A DNA stretch of 64,000 nt from Lophium mytilinum (lineage: Eukaryota), in NCBI GenBank assembly GCA_010093605.1, contig MU004185.1:1199334-1263333 (forward strand). Direction: 5' to 3'. Below the pieces are notes generated by a model, which was not told the DNA's origin, searched no databases, and worked only from the letters and a program-made list of their open reading frames with translations. Position 1 is the first letter of the stretch, and each line of letters starts with the position of its first letter. The position numbers were made by a program, and so were the translations under genes. This document shows positions 37,236 to 50,626 of this stretch, piece after piece.

Positions 37236-38453
37236 ATGTCTGCGCCCGACGCCGATACCCCACATTGCAAGGTCGTGCTGGCCGGAACCATTGCGAAAAG
37301 CCTTCTTGCAGAGGTCGCAGAAGGCCTCAAGCAGATCGAACGGAAACCTTTGCTGGTCGGCTTCCTCTCCAGCGCCGACCCAGCAGCCCGAGTCTACGCC
37401 GAGTGGACAGGAAAGACCTGCCGCGAAAAGTGAGCATGTTCGTGTGTTTCCATCTGCAAGCATAGCGATCATACATCAACCAAAAGCAGAGAACACAACT
37501 AACAGCCTCACCCCAGTGGCTTCGACTTTTTCCTCCGCGAAGTCCCCCGGGACGACCTCGAAGAAGCCCTCATAACCGCCAACACCGACCGCGCCGTCGA
37601 TGGCATCATAGTTTACTACCCCATCTTCGGCAACCGCCAGGACCAATATCTGCAGCAAATCGTCGATGTCTCTAAGGACGTCGAGGGCCTCTCCCACCGC
37701 TACATCTTCAACATGTACCAGAATATCCGCTTCCTCGACTCCCACAACGCGAAGAAGAGCATCCTGCCCTGCACGCCTCTAGCTGTTATCAAGATCCTCG
37801 AGCACTTGCGAGTGTATAACACGATTCTGCCGTATGGGAATAGGCTACATGGGCACACGATCACGGTCATCAATCGCTCGGAGGTGGTGGGACGACCGCT
37901 AGCGGCGCTGCTGGCCAATGATGGGGCGAGGGTGTATAGCGTGGATATCGGGGATGTGCAGCAGTTTCATCGCGGGCAGGGACTCAAGAAGAAGAGGCAT
38001 GAGGTTGTGGAGATGCCCGGGTGGACTCTCGAGAACTGTCTGCCGGTGAGCGATGTGGTCATCAGCGGCGTGCCGGGGGACAGCTATAAGGTCCCTGTGA
38101 ATCTGCTGAGAGAGGGTGCGGTATGCATCAACTTCTCGAGTGAGAGGGTAAGGGCAAAACGTTCAGGGCAATTTCTTTGGGTCCGTGAAAGCTGATATAT
38201 GTGGCACAGAATTTCAGTCCAGAAGTCAAGGAGAAAGCATCGATCTACGTACCGGCCATCGGTAAAGTCACGATTGTTGTTCTTCTAAGAAACCTTCTTG
38301 TAAGATCTCCCGTCTCGCTCTCTACGACTCTACAACGATCTCGTTAACAGCCAATAGAGGATCGTACAAAACCGCATAGAGACTGAATCTGAGCCCGCAA
38401 AAGCGGTAGAAAAGCCAGGTACAGTAGAAGAAGCGGCACCTGCTGCATCGTAG
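37236..38453 (+). CDS. MTD1: NAD-dependent methylenetetrahydrofolate dehydrogenase, 4 exons
   Basis: PLLVGFLSSADPAARVYAEWTGKTC, DGIIVYYPIF..QDQYLQQ..KDVEGL, KSILPCTPLAVIKILE, LPYGNRLHG..VINRSEVVGRPLAALLANDGA, YVPAIGKVTIVVLLRNLL. Confidence 0.92.
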
Positions 38454-38910
38454 CACTGTAATATACACTTAGAGTTCCCCTTGATACCCCAGCAACCAGA
38501 ACTAGTCTTCTATTGAACTATGTTTCTATAGCAGATATGCTTAGACGTGTACGAAATCCAGATTTGGACGAAAATCGGGTTGTCTTTCACGAGCATACTG
38601 TCTTCTGTGTGTCAAATTGACGCATCACGAGAGGCCGAGTCACCGACTCGGTTCCACGGGGCCCTTGAATAGTGCATGACGTAAGAAGGTATCCCTCAAG
38701 AGTGAAGTTAGATATGCGAAGCTTCTATCAGCTCTCTATAACCCGAACATAAATTTCTTTGTGTGAGTTGATTGGCGTCACAGGGCGCTCTAATTCGATC
38801 TCATCTTAATATAAGCTCGCAATACAAGGCATATTCCATATGCCAACGCCAATCCAGACGTGCCAGTCCCCATCCATATTGCCCAATCCTAACGACTCGT
38901 CTCACACCTC

Positions 38911-39684
38911 CTAAACCCCATTAACCCCAGTAGCGCCCAGCACTCCCCCGAAACCGCCCGTACTACCAAAGCCCCCGGCGCCCCTAACACTCTCCTCCAA
39001 CTTCTCCACTACTACGACCGTTGGCATGAGGATCCGTTCCACAATCAGCTGGGCAATGCGATCGCCCGCCTTGATCTCGAAATCCTCATCTGACAGGTTA
39101 GCCAGCAGCACGATCACCGGGCCGCGGTAATCGGCATCAATCACACCAGCGAGCGTGTCAATGCCATGTTTAGCGGCGAGGCCGGAGCGGGGAGCAATGC
39201 GGGCATCTAGATTACCAATATCAGATTAGGTCTACTATTTGCGCGTCGAAGAGGGGGGTACAGAGGGCCACTCACACGTCCCCACAGGCACGCTGATAGA
39301 GATATCAGTCGCCACTTTCGCCCGTTGCCGCGCTGGCACCACGATATCCGCGCTCGCGTAGAGGTCGTGGCCAGCGCTGAATTCGCTCCCCTTCGTCGGC
39401 GCTTTCGCGCTGCTGCTCAGGAACTGCACTTGTAGTGTTGGTGTCGGTTCTGCCATTGTTGAACCGAGCGCGTGTGTGGGGTGGTGCGTGCCGAGTGATG
39501 TGGTCGCGAGAGGAGTGGGTGTTGCGGTGCCGCTGTCTGAACCGCGGGGGAGGGCGGAGGAGCTGTTGAGGGGGGTGGGATCGATGACTTTGGTTCGTTT
39601 GGGGAGCGGGGAGGATGGGAGGGAGGGCGGTTCGTGGATGATTTCGGCGGCGGGGGTGGAGGCGGAGTCGACGGGGGTGGTCAT
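38911..39684 (-). CDS. DUT1: dUTP pyrophosphatase (trimeric dUTPase), 2 exons
   Basis: All five dUTPase motifs are present: [42 protein letters not shown]. Intron 39275-39207. The Pro/Ser-rich N-extension has an NLS-like PLPKRTK. Confidence 0.95.
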
Positions 39685-39774
39685 GGTGAAAAGAGGAGGG
39701 AGGAATTGCTGGACTATCTTGAGGTGGAGAAAGCGGTGTGGTTGTTGAGAAAATCTGTGGCGCAAGGAAGCGCG

Positions 39775-39780
39775 ACGCGT
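39775..39780. promoter_or_regulatory. MCB element (ACGCGT, within GCGCGACGCGT) upstream of DUT1
   Basis: Perfect MluI box about 90 nt upstream of the ATG of a DNA-synthesis gene, a class typically controlled by MBF. Confidence 0.55.
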
Positions 39781-41912
39781 TTGGGGAGGCGCTGATTGGT
39801 CAATTGGTGGCAACTTGAAGAAAACGAGATTTTGAGCTGGAAATGATGGGGTAACCGACTCTTCAAAGCTTCTTCCAAAGAGTTCGAAACTTCTTGTCCT
39901 TTGGAGGCCATAGATAGGAGTAGTGACTTCCGGCAGTGAAAAGATCACGTGCTCATCATGTGACGTCGAAAGCTCTTAAATATCTTAAGCGCTACCAATC
40001 CTCGATCCTCTTTTAAGAGCTCTTCTAGTTGAAAATATGTCATTATCATCTATATTCGGAACATAGGTATATAGACATCTTCATCCATGCACCCCACGGC
40101 ACCCGCAGCGTTCTCCACACTTGGGCCAAGACTTTCGGGTAGATCATCGTCTAGCCATGCTTCGTGTTCAACCTTCTTGCAACCACCAGCACCTCTTCAA
40201 ATGTTGAATTGAGGTGTCACTCATCACCGTCTAATTCTGATAGCTCTACACCCTTGGCCATGATCCGGTTGAGAACCGAGTGCCCGATTCTAGAAGCCTG
40301 CCAGACCCTCCACGAGAATCTCATTTACGCAGTGCCACGCCGCCACTAAGATTATGTGCATTATCTTCTCACTAACCACAACAGTAGTGCATATTTTGTT
40401 GGTTTCTCGCCTCGGTCTAACATGTTCCGCGGCCTTTACTACCGTACCCAATGGATGTCAAACAACGCTATTCCAATTACAAACTCTACGATCGCGCCAG
40501 GACGTTCTCAAGATCCAGCGTCGCTTTGTGCATCGATGGAGTACCGCCTGACAAGCTCCTAGCATTAGCCCTGGGTCCGGTCTATTCCTCCCACTGTCTG
40601 GGTTTCAGCCCATACCTGAACTCCAACAAATCATGACGTTCGGGGCTTCTCCATGGGGATACTCCGGAACACATCTGTAGCGTCTCCACACCCTCTCCAC
40701 GTTGGCGTCCACTGGGGGGCTGGAAAGGCCCGAGTATGATTGGCAACTGGAGGCTGGCCCTGTACCCATTCCTCTGCACCACTGTGGAGGCTCTGGACTC
40801 CGGCGAGCTACCCAACTGCCGACATTGGAATCATGGAGTTGACTCCAGTTGCATGGATGCACGCGCTAACTCGTCATGGACCGATCTCGAAGCCAAATTT
40901 TGGAAGTCTTCTAGAATTCTTCCATGACTATTCTTGAAAGGTGCAAGCCTGACAAGGAGCAGGTGGTGAGCAGTACTCCATCTAGACCATTTTAGCGGCA
41001 GCCTGCGTCGCAAGCAGTACCACGGGAAGATTCTCGGGCCGGCCAGCAATGGGCTGTCGTCGAGGCTTTACTTCCAAATCTATCTTGAAGAAAGGGACGG
41101 CAAAGCTTCATTGGCAAGAGAGAGTTCAAAAGATCACGGCTACGCCAGTATGCGCACGGTAGGTAACAGGTGATCAGTTTAACCATGACAGCATCGGCAC
41201 TGAAATCGGCCACTTCGGGGCCTCGCTGAGGTAGGTGGCACTTCATTCTGACGATGCAGCTTATTTCCCCGCATCCACTCCCCACATGCATGAGGCTAAA
41301 ACCTCCACCCTCTGGTAGCGCCCGCTCCCCGCCTCTCGTCCTGTCATTTCTTCCGCAATCTTTCCGATATCAGCCTCCAAATCAAAGTAGCCATTCCTTC
41401 TTCATAGTATTCCACGCTTCGTCTAGGGTGCTACTTTTGTACTGTCGTCGATTTTAAACTCAAATGTATGCTCCGTGAACCTACAGTCTCGTACCTGAAT
41501 AAGAACTGCTATTCAAATCAACGGTAACCATAGATGGTAGCGGCGATCTAGTTGATGGCAGGTCACATCGTCATGGTTCGAGCCATCCATGGTTCGTTAG
41601 CGCCACGGAGGCCCATGCCGCGATGGGCCTGGGATCCGTGGTCGCCGTAAACTAGACATGAGTGGCGTCCAGTAAAGGATGGTGCTCCATTCGCCGCGGC
41701 GCACTGCTGTCGTCGCCCGCTGTTAGTGCTTTGGGAGCTCAGACACATACTGCATGTTGAAGGAAACACTATCAACCTACCAAGTACTACATAAACCTCG
41801 TCGGGTCCCCTCTTTTTCTACGACTATCATCAAGTGTCAAGCGCCCTTACTGACGCTATCTGCGCCTACTTGTACCAATAGCTTTGTTGCGCAACCTCTC
41901 AACGAATTCACG

Positions 41913-43731
41913 ATGGGTATCGCGATCAGACCGCCTCCGGGCACACCTGGCTCTGCCCTGCCTGCTATCTTTATCGGTCTCTTCGTCGCATTTGGTGGTG
42001 TTCTTTTCGGGTGGGAACCACAACTTTGAACGCAATCTAAATCTTAGCTGACCATCACTAGATATGATACTGGCACGATCGGCGGAATCCTGGGCATGAA
42101 CTACTGGAGAAAGGAGTTCTCAACCGGCTACATCAACACTAAAGACCACCTCCCCGACGTTACATCCAGCCAATCTTCCGAGATCGTATCTATCCTCTCC
42201 GCCGGAACCTTCTTTGGTGCCCTAACTGCTGCTCGTGAGTATGACTTCCCGTGTAGGAGTCAACCAAATCTGACGAACGAATAGCTGTTGCCGATTTCAT
42301 TGGCAGACGATTGGGACTGATCGCCTGCGTGATAGTCTTCTGCTTGGGTGTCATCCTGCAAACAGCTGCTACGATGATTCCCATGTTCGTTGCCGGCCGT
42401 TTCTTTGCCGGTTATGGCGTCGGAATGATCTCAGCCACAAGTTAGTGCAACGCCACCACCTTTTCCAAAACTCGCACTAACGACAGCAGTCCCTCTTTAC
42501 CAGTCTGAAACATCTCCCAAGTGGATTCGTGGTGCTGTCGTTGGTTGCTACCAGCTTGCTATTACTATTGGTCTCCTGCTAGCCGCTATCGTCGACAATG
42601 CGACAAAGAACCGCAATGATACCGGCTCCTACCGCATTCCAATCGCCGTTCAATTTGCGTGGGCAATCATTTTGGTCACGGGATGCATCTTCCTCCCTGA
42701 GACTCCGCGTTACCTGATCAAGACGGGCAAGCCAGAGAAGGCCGCGAGGTCGCTCTCCAAGCTCCGAAGACTGGACGTCGAGCACCCTGCCCTATTGGAA
42801 GAGTTGGCTGAGATCACTGCCAACCACGAATACGAGCTTTCTCTTGGTAAGGCTACTTACCTCGACTGCTTCAAGGGCAACCTAGGATTCCGCCTCGCCA
42901 CTGGCTGCCTCCTCCAGGCCCTTCAGCAGCTTACGGGTGTGAACTTCATCTTCTACTATGGTACCTCCTTCTTCAAGAACTCCGGCATCTCCAACCCGTT
43001 CGTCGTCAGTCTGATCACTTCTTGCGTCAACACCGGATCGACTTTCCCGGGCCTGTATATGGTTGAGAAATGGGGTCGTCGCCCCCTCCTCCTCTTCGGA
43101 GCCATCGGCATGGCCGTCTGTCAGTTCATCGTTGCTATCACCGGAACCGTTGCTGGTGTGGAGAATCTTGCCGCTCAGAAGGCTTTGATCGCTTTCGTCT
43201 GCATCTACATTTTCTTCTTCGCCTGCTCCTGGGGTCCGGTTGCGTGGGTCGTTACCGGCGAGATCTTCCCGCTCAAGGTTCGCGCGAAGTCTCTCTCCAT
43301 GACCACCGCCTCCAACTGGCTTCTGAATTGGGCAATTGCATAGTGAGTACAACATTTCCCCCTGGCAAACCACCTTTCTAATCCTCCTTAGCGCAACTCC
43401 CTACCTCGTAAACAACGACCCCGGTGATGCCAACCTCGGCTCTAAAGTCTTCTTCATCTGGGGCGGCTGCTGCTTCATCTGCATCTTCTTCGTGTGGGGC
43501 ATGATCTACGAGACCAAAGGTCTTTCCCTCGAGCAAGTCGATGAGCTGTACGCCAAGGTGCCGCATGCGTGGCAGTCGAAGGGCTTTGTGCCTAGTGTCA
43601 GCTTCCAGGATGTCGCGGATGTGCAACACCAGCAGGGCGCACAGCGGAAGATGAGCTTGACCGATTACGAGCAGGAGGCACAGAGGAAGAAGAGTGTGAC
43701 GTACACTGAGGGAAATGAGAAGGAGTATTAG
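41913..43731 (+). CDS. Sugar porter family hexose transporter (high-affinity glucose transporter-like), 5 exons
   Basis: VAFGGVLFG|YDTGTI, PLYQSETSPKWIRG, PETPRYL, LQQLTGVNFIFYYG, WGRRPLLL, WGPVAWVVTGEIFPLKVR, ETKGLSLEQVD. Confidence 0.93.
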
Positions 43732-46700
43732 GAGTGCCTGTGGCAGGATAGGAACATTTGAGAGTGAGGGGGGAGAGGGATGCGTTTGTCTAGGGATAGA
43801 CGACTGGTGTATGAGTTTGTTGTTGTCGTTGAAGTGTCTGATAAAGACCACGAGATTATGAATACACGCAATTGGAATTATTTACAACTCCGAACTTCTT
43901 CAATGCTGCTCCTGTTGATGACGTTTAGTTTCGCACCGATCGCATTCAGTCATAGCACTTCACTATTGAGACTCTTAAAACGATCAGCACTCTTTAGAAT
44001 TACCGCGAACCGTTACTTTCAAGACGCTCTCATCGTCGTCAACATTAGCCTTCCTTAATGATCCCCACCATCACACTCCAGCATTACTCCACGCCACTCC
44101 TTCCCATCATACCCCACCAGGAAATATTCTTCGACAACTCCATTGACACGTAGACTCAGACGAGTTTTTTGCGCAGGTCCATGATAAGGCACATAATCTG
44201 AGGTTGCCACCACCACACCTCCATCGGGAGGAGGGAATAGTGTTGTTGATCCCTAATCATGGAAGCTCCGGTCCACCGATTCTGCTCCACCCATACTCCC
44301 CCTCCGCCCACGAAGTCGAGCCATGGTTTTCTCCGTCCGCTTGTGTTGATTACACGACCGCAGACCACCGCTTCTCACTCCATTATACTCTTCGCTTGTC
44401 TGGGTTTGATCCTCAGACTCGAAACCTCCTTGCTGCGTCGAAGAGGCGCGGGGGCAAGGGGGTTTAAGTAGTCTGAGAGAAGATGCTAAGAGGGAGGCAC
44501 GTGGTGGGGCGTGACATGCGATCTTCGGGGATTGTATGCGTGTAATCGGGCTGGGTGGTGGGCGAGAGAAGGAAAGGCGCAGAGCACGTGTTCCACGTGA
44601 TTTAGCGCTGAGGGTCTTGCGGAGGGGGTATAAAAACTTCTGCTCGAGCAGACGATAGGGATCTTAGACAGGGAAGAGAATGGGTTGGAGTTGGAGGATC
44701 AAAATACAAAGCCAATCCGTTCATGGTGTGGTTTGGGTTGTTCAATATCAAGTGAAGCGTGATGCGATGGGGCGCTGGGAGTGGTTGTGTGGTGTCAAAT
44801 CTTCATGGAGCACACGATGGAGTGGCACTGCAGGTGCGGCATTCCGAATGCTATTACTGATAATGGTCATCTCCATCTCGTCCGGTAGTGATCAAAACCT
44901 GCGCAGCACCTCACCACCAACATCCATCCATCACTTCAAAATCATACCTTAACCAAGCACGTCAGCTGCTAACCTTCATCAAGCCTGCAATTAACCAGAC
45001 TCCAAGTCTCATAGCAAGCGCGAACAGCGCGCTTTCCAGCCATCCCAGCCATTTTGAGTCTGTATCGGGTAAGTTGCCCCCAACGGCAAGGAGAAGCCAT
45101 GGCCCACTCAGCATTAATCTTTTACAACGCAAGTCCAGCCAACCTCCTCCATAGATCCAACTCCTGCTTGTTGATAAAATCATAACTCCGTCTCCCTGCT
45201 GACCTCAAACCTAGTCGTAGAAGAAGTTTATATACCCAGACGAAACCCTGCCAAGCCGCGAATCACGCATTGTCCCCGTGACTTTACCAGCACTTCTAAA
45301 GGAGCGCGATTGGTCCGTGGATAGGAGTGAGGTCATGAGGATAACATGTGACTACCCGCAGGAGGGGTCTTGAAGTGGTATAAAAGCACTTCCTTGACGA
45401 GCTTTCCAACGGCAGTGGAGGTTTGGAGCACAGAGGAGCACAAACTCAGACGCCTTCTAGCAATGGTATGCTCTGGTTTGCAAAACCGACTGCGCCCTGG
45501 TTCATGTTCGTGCAGAGTTCTGGGCCGTGGGCGGTGGATGAAAACAGACTGGCGACGAGTTGTTAAACGGAGAGTGGTCTGCTACGGGTTACCGGTGGTG
45601 ATGAACATCGCTTTTGACCCTGAATAACACGCGAAGTAATAGGAACAAGAAGCACATATTCAACATGACTTGTTGCTGTCGACTGATGGTTTAGTGTAGG
45701 GATAGCTGTCACCACCGGAATCCCCTATACCTCCAGCCCTCCCACTCCGATTTCAACCATGAGCATCATAGAGTGAGGATTTTGCTGACCCAGCACACCC
45801 ATCAATGCGATCTCCATGAACGATTGTTGAGAGCCACCGAACGAGACATGAGGCTTATGGACCACCAATGTTTTGATCCCCAGCTCCTCCCACTCCACTC
45901 CCATTAAATGCTTGGTAAGTTTATTCTTGATCCTCAAGCCACACTTCCTCCCTGCAGAGTCTAAGAACCAGCGGCGGGAACCTCTTAAGTACTCAAAAGA
46001 TGCTCGCCAAGTCGCTGAGTCAGGGGGATCATGTGACGTCTTCGCTTCGCCAGTCGAAGGTTGTAGGCGCGGCGTGATGGGGGATGGGGAGACCGAGCGC
46101 TTGAGACAAATCACCTGATTGCTGATTTAAGGGGTATAAGATCTTTCGCCGTCGTGGAGAAAGGATGTTTTCCAGCGGAGTAGACTTTGGGGTTGCAAAA
46201 ACGCCTTTCTAAGACCGCCCATGGGTGTGGAGAGGGGGCTTCAATATAAAAACGAATGGCACTTTATGGCTAGATTCAGGTGGGACCTTGCGGTCTGCAA
46301 CCCCATGATGCCGAAGTCATGGCAGGTGTGCAGTGCGTTGAAAGATTGATGAAGGGCAACGCTTTAGTGTCTTGATGGTTTGCGGAAAGATAGGGGAGTG
46401 CTAGTGAATTGATAAGAATCTTGGAGATGATACTCGTAATGTGGAAAAGCTGGTCACAGAAGCTTATGAAGCGACAATGATGAGACAGGGGCAAAGCCCT
46501 TTGTTTCATAGCCCGAGGTCGCCTAGTAGATAGAGTCTACCAACCCAAATGATAAAAGTAGAAGAAGATGCAGCTAATAGTGGCCGAGATAGGCTCAAAG
46601 ACCTCACACCGAGGCACCACACTCTTGGTGCTCTATATATCACCCATCATGTAACATCTATACCTCTAATTCGCGGAGTCTGGAACATGACATCGCGTTC

Positions 46701-47003
46701 GTGAGAACTCCGCGTCGCCCTGGTGTCCTCCAAACCGATAGCAAATCCCGCAAAATGAAAACACGAGAAGATACGACATAGAGTAGTTGAAAAAATGCTC
46801 AGAAGACCTCATAGCAAGCTACTACGTTCTCGGTCTAATATGGGCCATATGGCATGCGAAATATACACTCCTAATTCGGCGGGTGCAAAACATAACGTCG
46901 TGAAAGTCAAAACTCCCCAACGCCCCAAGATCCTTCCAACCGCAACAATGCCTCCAAAACGAATGTACAAGAATACAAGATCCCCAGTAGTCGTAAATCC
47001 AAT

Positions 47004-48947
47004 CTACAACTCCCCCAAAACCTGCAACATCTTCTCAAAATCCACCGTCCCCAGCCCCGTCACCGGATCCCACCCCTCCACCGCCTCAAAGCCCTCCGTA
47101 TCACACCCCGGGTTCGCACCCACCGTAACATCCTTCCCAAACCTGTCAAAATTCTTATAAATCGCCGGATTCAAGAACCCCAAGCTCTTCTTCCCCTTAC
47201 TCAACCTCGCCTCATTGACCAGCGTAATCATAGCCGCCAGCACCGGCGTCGCAGCGCTCGTGCCATCAGAAGTAGTCAACTCGCCGCCGATAACGGTGAG
47301 ATACTTCGCGCCGTTGAGGCTGAGATCCGGGATCGCGCGCGCGTGGCCGGAGTTGTTGTACTGCGCCGCAGAGTACGTTGGCTTGTGGTTCTTGAAGTAC
47401 TTGGCCACGACGTCCTTCTGGTAGTCTGGGATGGCGAAGACGTCGCTGAAGCCGCCGCCGCTCTTGACGTTGCTGACGATCTCGCCGTCTGGGGTGCTGA
47501 GGGTGTGGTTGATGGCGATTTCGGGCTGGCCGCCGTTCTTGAGCACGCTGGCAAGGTCTTTGATGGAGGGGTCGACCATCGTGGCGCCGACGGCGGTCAC
47601 GTAGGGGCAGGTGGCGGGGAAGTCCGGTTGGAATCTGTCGGTGCCGTTGCTACAGGAGTCGCCGGAGATGGCGCTGCCTGCGACGCCGTAGTCGCCGGTG
47701 GAGAAGAGGATGGAGACGCCGGCGAGGCCGAGCTTCATGTATTCGTGGCATAGAGAGCGCTCGTAGGCGGGCGTGAGCTCCCACTCGTTCTGGCCCCAGG
47801 ATGTGCTGACGACTTTGGTCTTGATGAAGGATGCGTTGGATGGATCGAACCCTCCATCACCGACTTGATATAATGTTACCTTTTGTGGGTAGACGAGGGG
47901 GATGGCGTATTCAAAGTCGAGGTTGGACTCGCCGTGCAGCTCGAAGTCGGTAACGTTGGAATCGTCGATGACGCCGCCGTCGATGGAGACAAGTTCGGGA
48001 TAAGAGCCGACGGCGGGCTTGGAGTAGTTGGTGAAGAAGGCGTCGAGATCGGACGGAATGTAGGAGTTATCAGAGTATTCAACCACGCCAAAGCTGTTTT
48101 CGCCGCATGGCTTTGTCGACGAGACGTCTGGAATGTTGTAGAGGGCGCGTAGGCAGTCGGGGCTTATGGTATCGACGCAAGATTGGACATCGGTATCTTT
48201 GTAGGTCTTTGAAACGCCGTAGCGCTTCTTGGCCGCGGATTTTGGCTTGGAGTCGAAGTGGAGCGTGGGCGTGATGATATCAATGTGTTCTCGAAGGTGG
48301 GCCGGCACGCTGTATTCCTCGCACGCAACGTGGGGCTTGCCGGTCTCAGTGTGTTCGTACACGAAGAACTCTGTTTTGAGCAGTCTCTCGATGTCGGCAA
48401 CGCTCATATCAAACTCGAGGGTGTGTAGGGCTGGTGCCTTGCCAACGGAGACGACGCCATGCGCAGAAAGCCATTCAAGCACTTTGTCCGTAGATTCTTG
48501 ACTTGGGGCGAAAGCGTCGTTGATCTCCTCGATTGACCAATGCTGACCGTACTTCTTGGAACTCGGATTTGACACCTCGTTAAGCCACTCATCGCCTCGA
48601 TGAAGATTACGTTGTTTGAGGCCGACTCGAACCTAGGAAGAACACAGTCAGCAATGTTCCAGTCTGTCCACACCTATTGACCACTATCTAGGGTGGCCTC
48701 GCGAGTTTTCGGGGGTCCAAAACGCCGAGCCTCCTTCTAATTCAGGACCGCGGAGCACCACAGGCAGTGGTGGAAAGGCGTACGGACGGCATATACTTAC
48801 AGGCAAATGAACATCTCCATCCATTTTGGATCGTTTGACCCATTTCGCCGGAGCAGCATCGCGCTTCTCATGCACAACATGGTTATAAGCCGGTAGAGCC
48901 GATGCAACCGCAATAAATGCGGCGATAGTAGCAATAGAGAAATGCAT
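47004..48947 (-). CDS. Secreted sedolisin/S53 serine-carboxyl peptidase (tripeptidyl peptidase/aorsin-like)
   Basis: Signal peptide MHFSIATIAAFIAVASA, one intron (~48633-48800), a pro-kumamolisin domain (VSNPSSKKYGQHWS), catalytic ESNLD, STGDYG and GTSAATP, and the C-terminal GWDPVTGLGT. Confidence 0.92.
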
Positions 48948-50626
48948 ATTGCAAACGCTTCAGAAATGGATAGACAAAAGAAACGAGACGGGAGGTAATG
49001 GAGGCAAGTACTTGGCGAGGCAATGCTTTAACAACACAACTGATAGGAAAGCGGACACTGGGGGTGTTGTGATGCCCTTCATCTGAAGGATTCCGATCAT
49101 GTTATATACCACCTTGAATACGTCCATGACGCGGAACCGTGAGGCTATACCACGAGTCCATAGTAAGACGGTAACCAAGGGCTGTGTAGTAAAGATCACC
49201 AACCCTATTTTCATAATCCTTTAAGCCAGCCTATCATATCGTCGCGCTAGTGAAACCCGCTATGCATGTCTCATCAGCCTCCACCACATGCACGCACATG
49301 GCCCCGGAGTCTGACACCAGAAACCCTAGAAGGCTGTGCTAGTAGCCATGGCGAAGCTTGACCGTGCTTGATGGTGCCTTTTAGGTGCTGACTGCCAAGT
49401 GGACCTCTCGTCGGTGATTTGGCCATGGAGAAGGTTGTTCAGCAATGTCGGAAAAAGATCGCTGAGCGAGCAGTGCAAGGCTGAAGAGCTTAGGCTTTTT
49501 GTGCAGATCTTAGGTAAACCTGAAGATCTGGTTGCCTGCCTGGGTATTCCGTAGTCGCGAACGAAGACAAGACCATCGAAAGAAGCGTGGAGTATGAAGC
49601 GGAATATGATGGCTAGTAAAAGAATGGCAGGTCGAAGAGTGTTCTATACTAACTCGGGTTCTAGCTTCTAGGTCGAGTGATCAACTACATGTCGGATGGG
49701 TGATCTGAGCGAGACTTCTCGTTCCAGCATGTTGAAATCTAGGTCGTAGGGGTGGGACCAGTGAGCCGGCAACCCCAGGCAGCAATCATGCATATTTCCC
49801 CAGGCATCTCAAGCCGATGGCCGTGTCGCGACAGCCACCTCTGTGGCGTTGCTAAGCCCTCATGTCGAAGCTTGACCGGTATGCAGCCTGGCAGATGGGA
49901 GACGTTGTCGTGGCTGTGATTGTCTAGGTGCTAGCACCAAACCGGTTAGTACGCAGATCTTAAGATCTTAGCCTTCCAAACGGACCGAAACGATCTTCTA
50001 TTCTTAACCACCAATCACCATTTAAAGACCTCAAGTATTTCTCTATGATGTCACGGGATAGGCAACAATTCGAGTCAGGTGCCCCGAAAGCGGTATTAAC
50101 TAATTGACGTCACGAGGAGATGAAGATCGATCGAAGGGGAGCAAGGAAGTCTAATGTTGAAGCCGTGGCGGCGATCGTGAATTGCACAAAAGAGTCCAGA
50201 TGAAAGATCCTGGCAGCTGTTCTAAGCACCTTGTGTCGCCGCGTAATTTGACCCGAAGTTGTCAGCGCTAGGATGTACAGCTCTCTACCACCGCCTGAGG
50301 TCTCAGATCGGCCTGGCGAGTTTGCCTGTTGATGAACATGATAAGACTTGGATCTCCTCCAGCTTGTTGAAAAGCTTAAAGACACCTTCGACAGCGGTTC
50401 AAGGGTGCGCGCAGCTATCCATTTCGGAATATGGTGCCGTGTTTGTCAGCCACGAAGACCATCTCTTTTCATTTTAGAGTTGATCGTTGCGTACGCTCAT
50501 CTACCGCTGTCTGAGTTGCTTCGACGGAGTTCAGAAACTTAACCAGACAAAAGGTCTAGCATCTTACCCGACCTGCTCAGCTTGCTAGACCACCTCAGAC
50601 GGCCGCCCCGGTATCCTACAGCTCGC

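Noticed and set aside
40600..41400. CreA-type SYGGRG sites upstream of the hexose transporter
   Set aside because: Plausible, but the 6-mer is too frequent to call without conservation data.
44000..46800. Several TATA-like boxes and short ORFs in a long intergenic region
   Set aside because: No coherent gene model or repeat structure could be supported.
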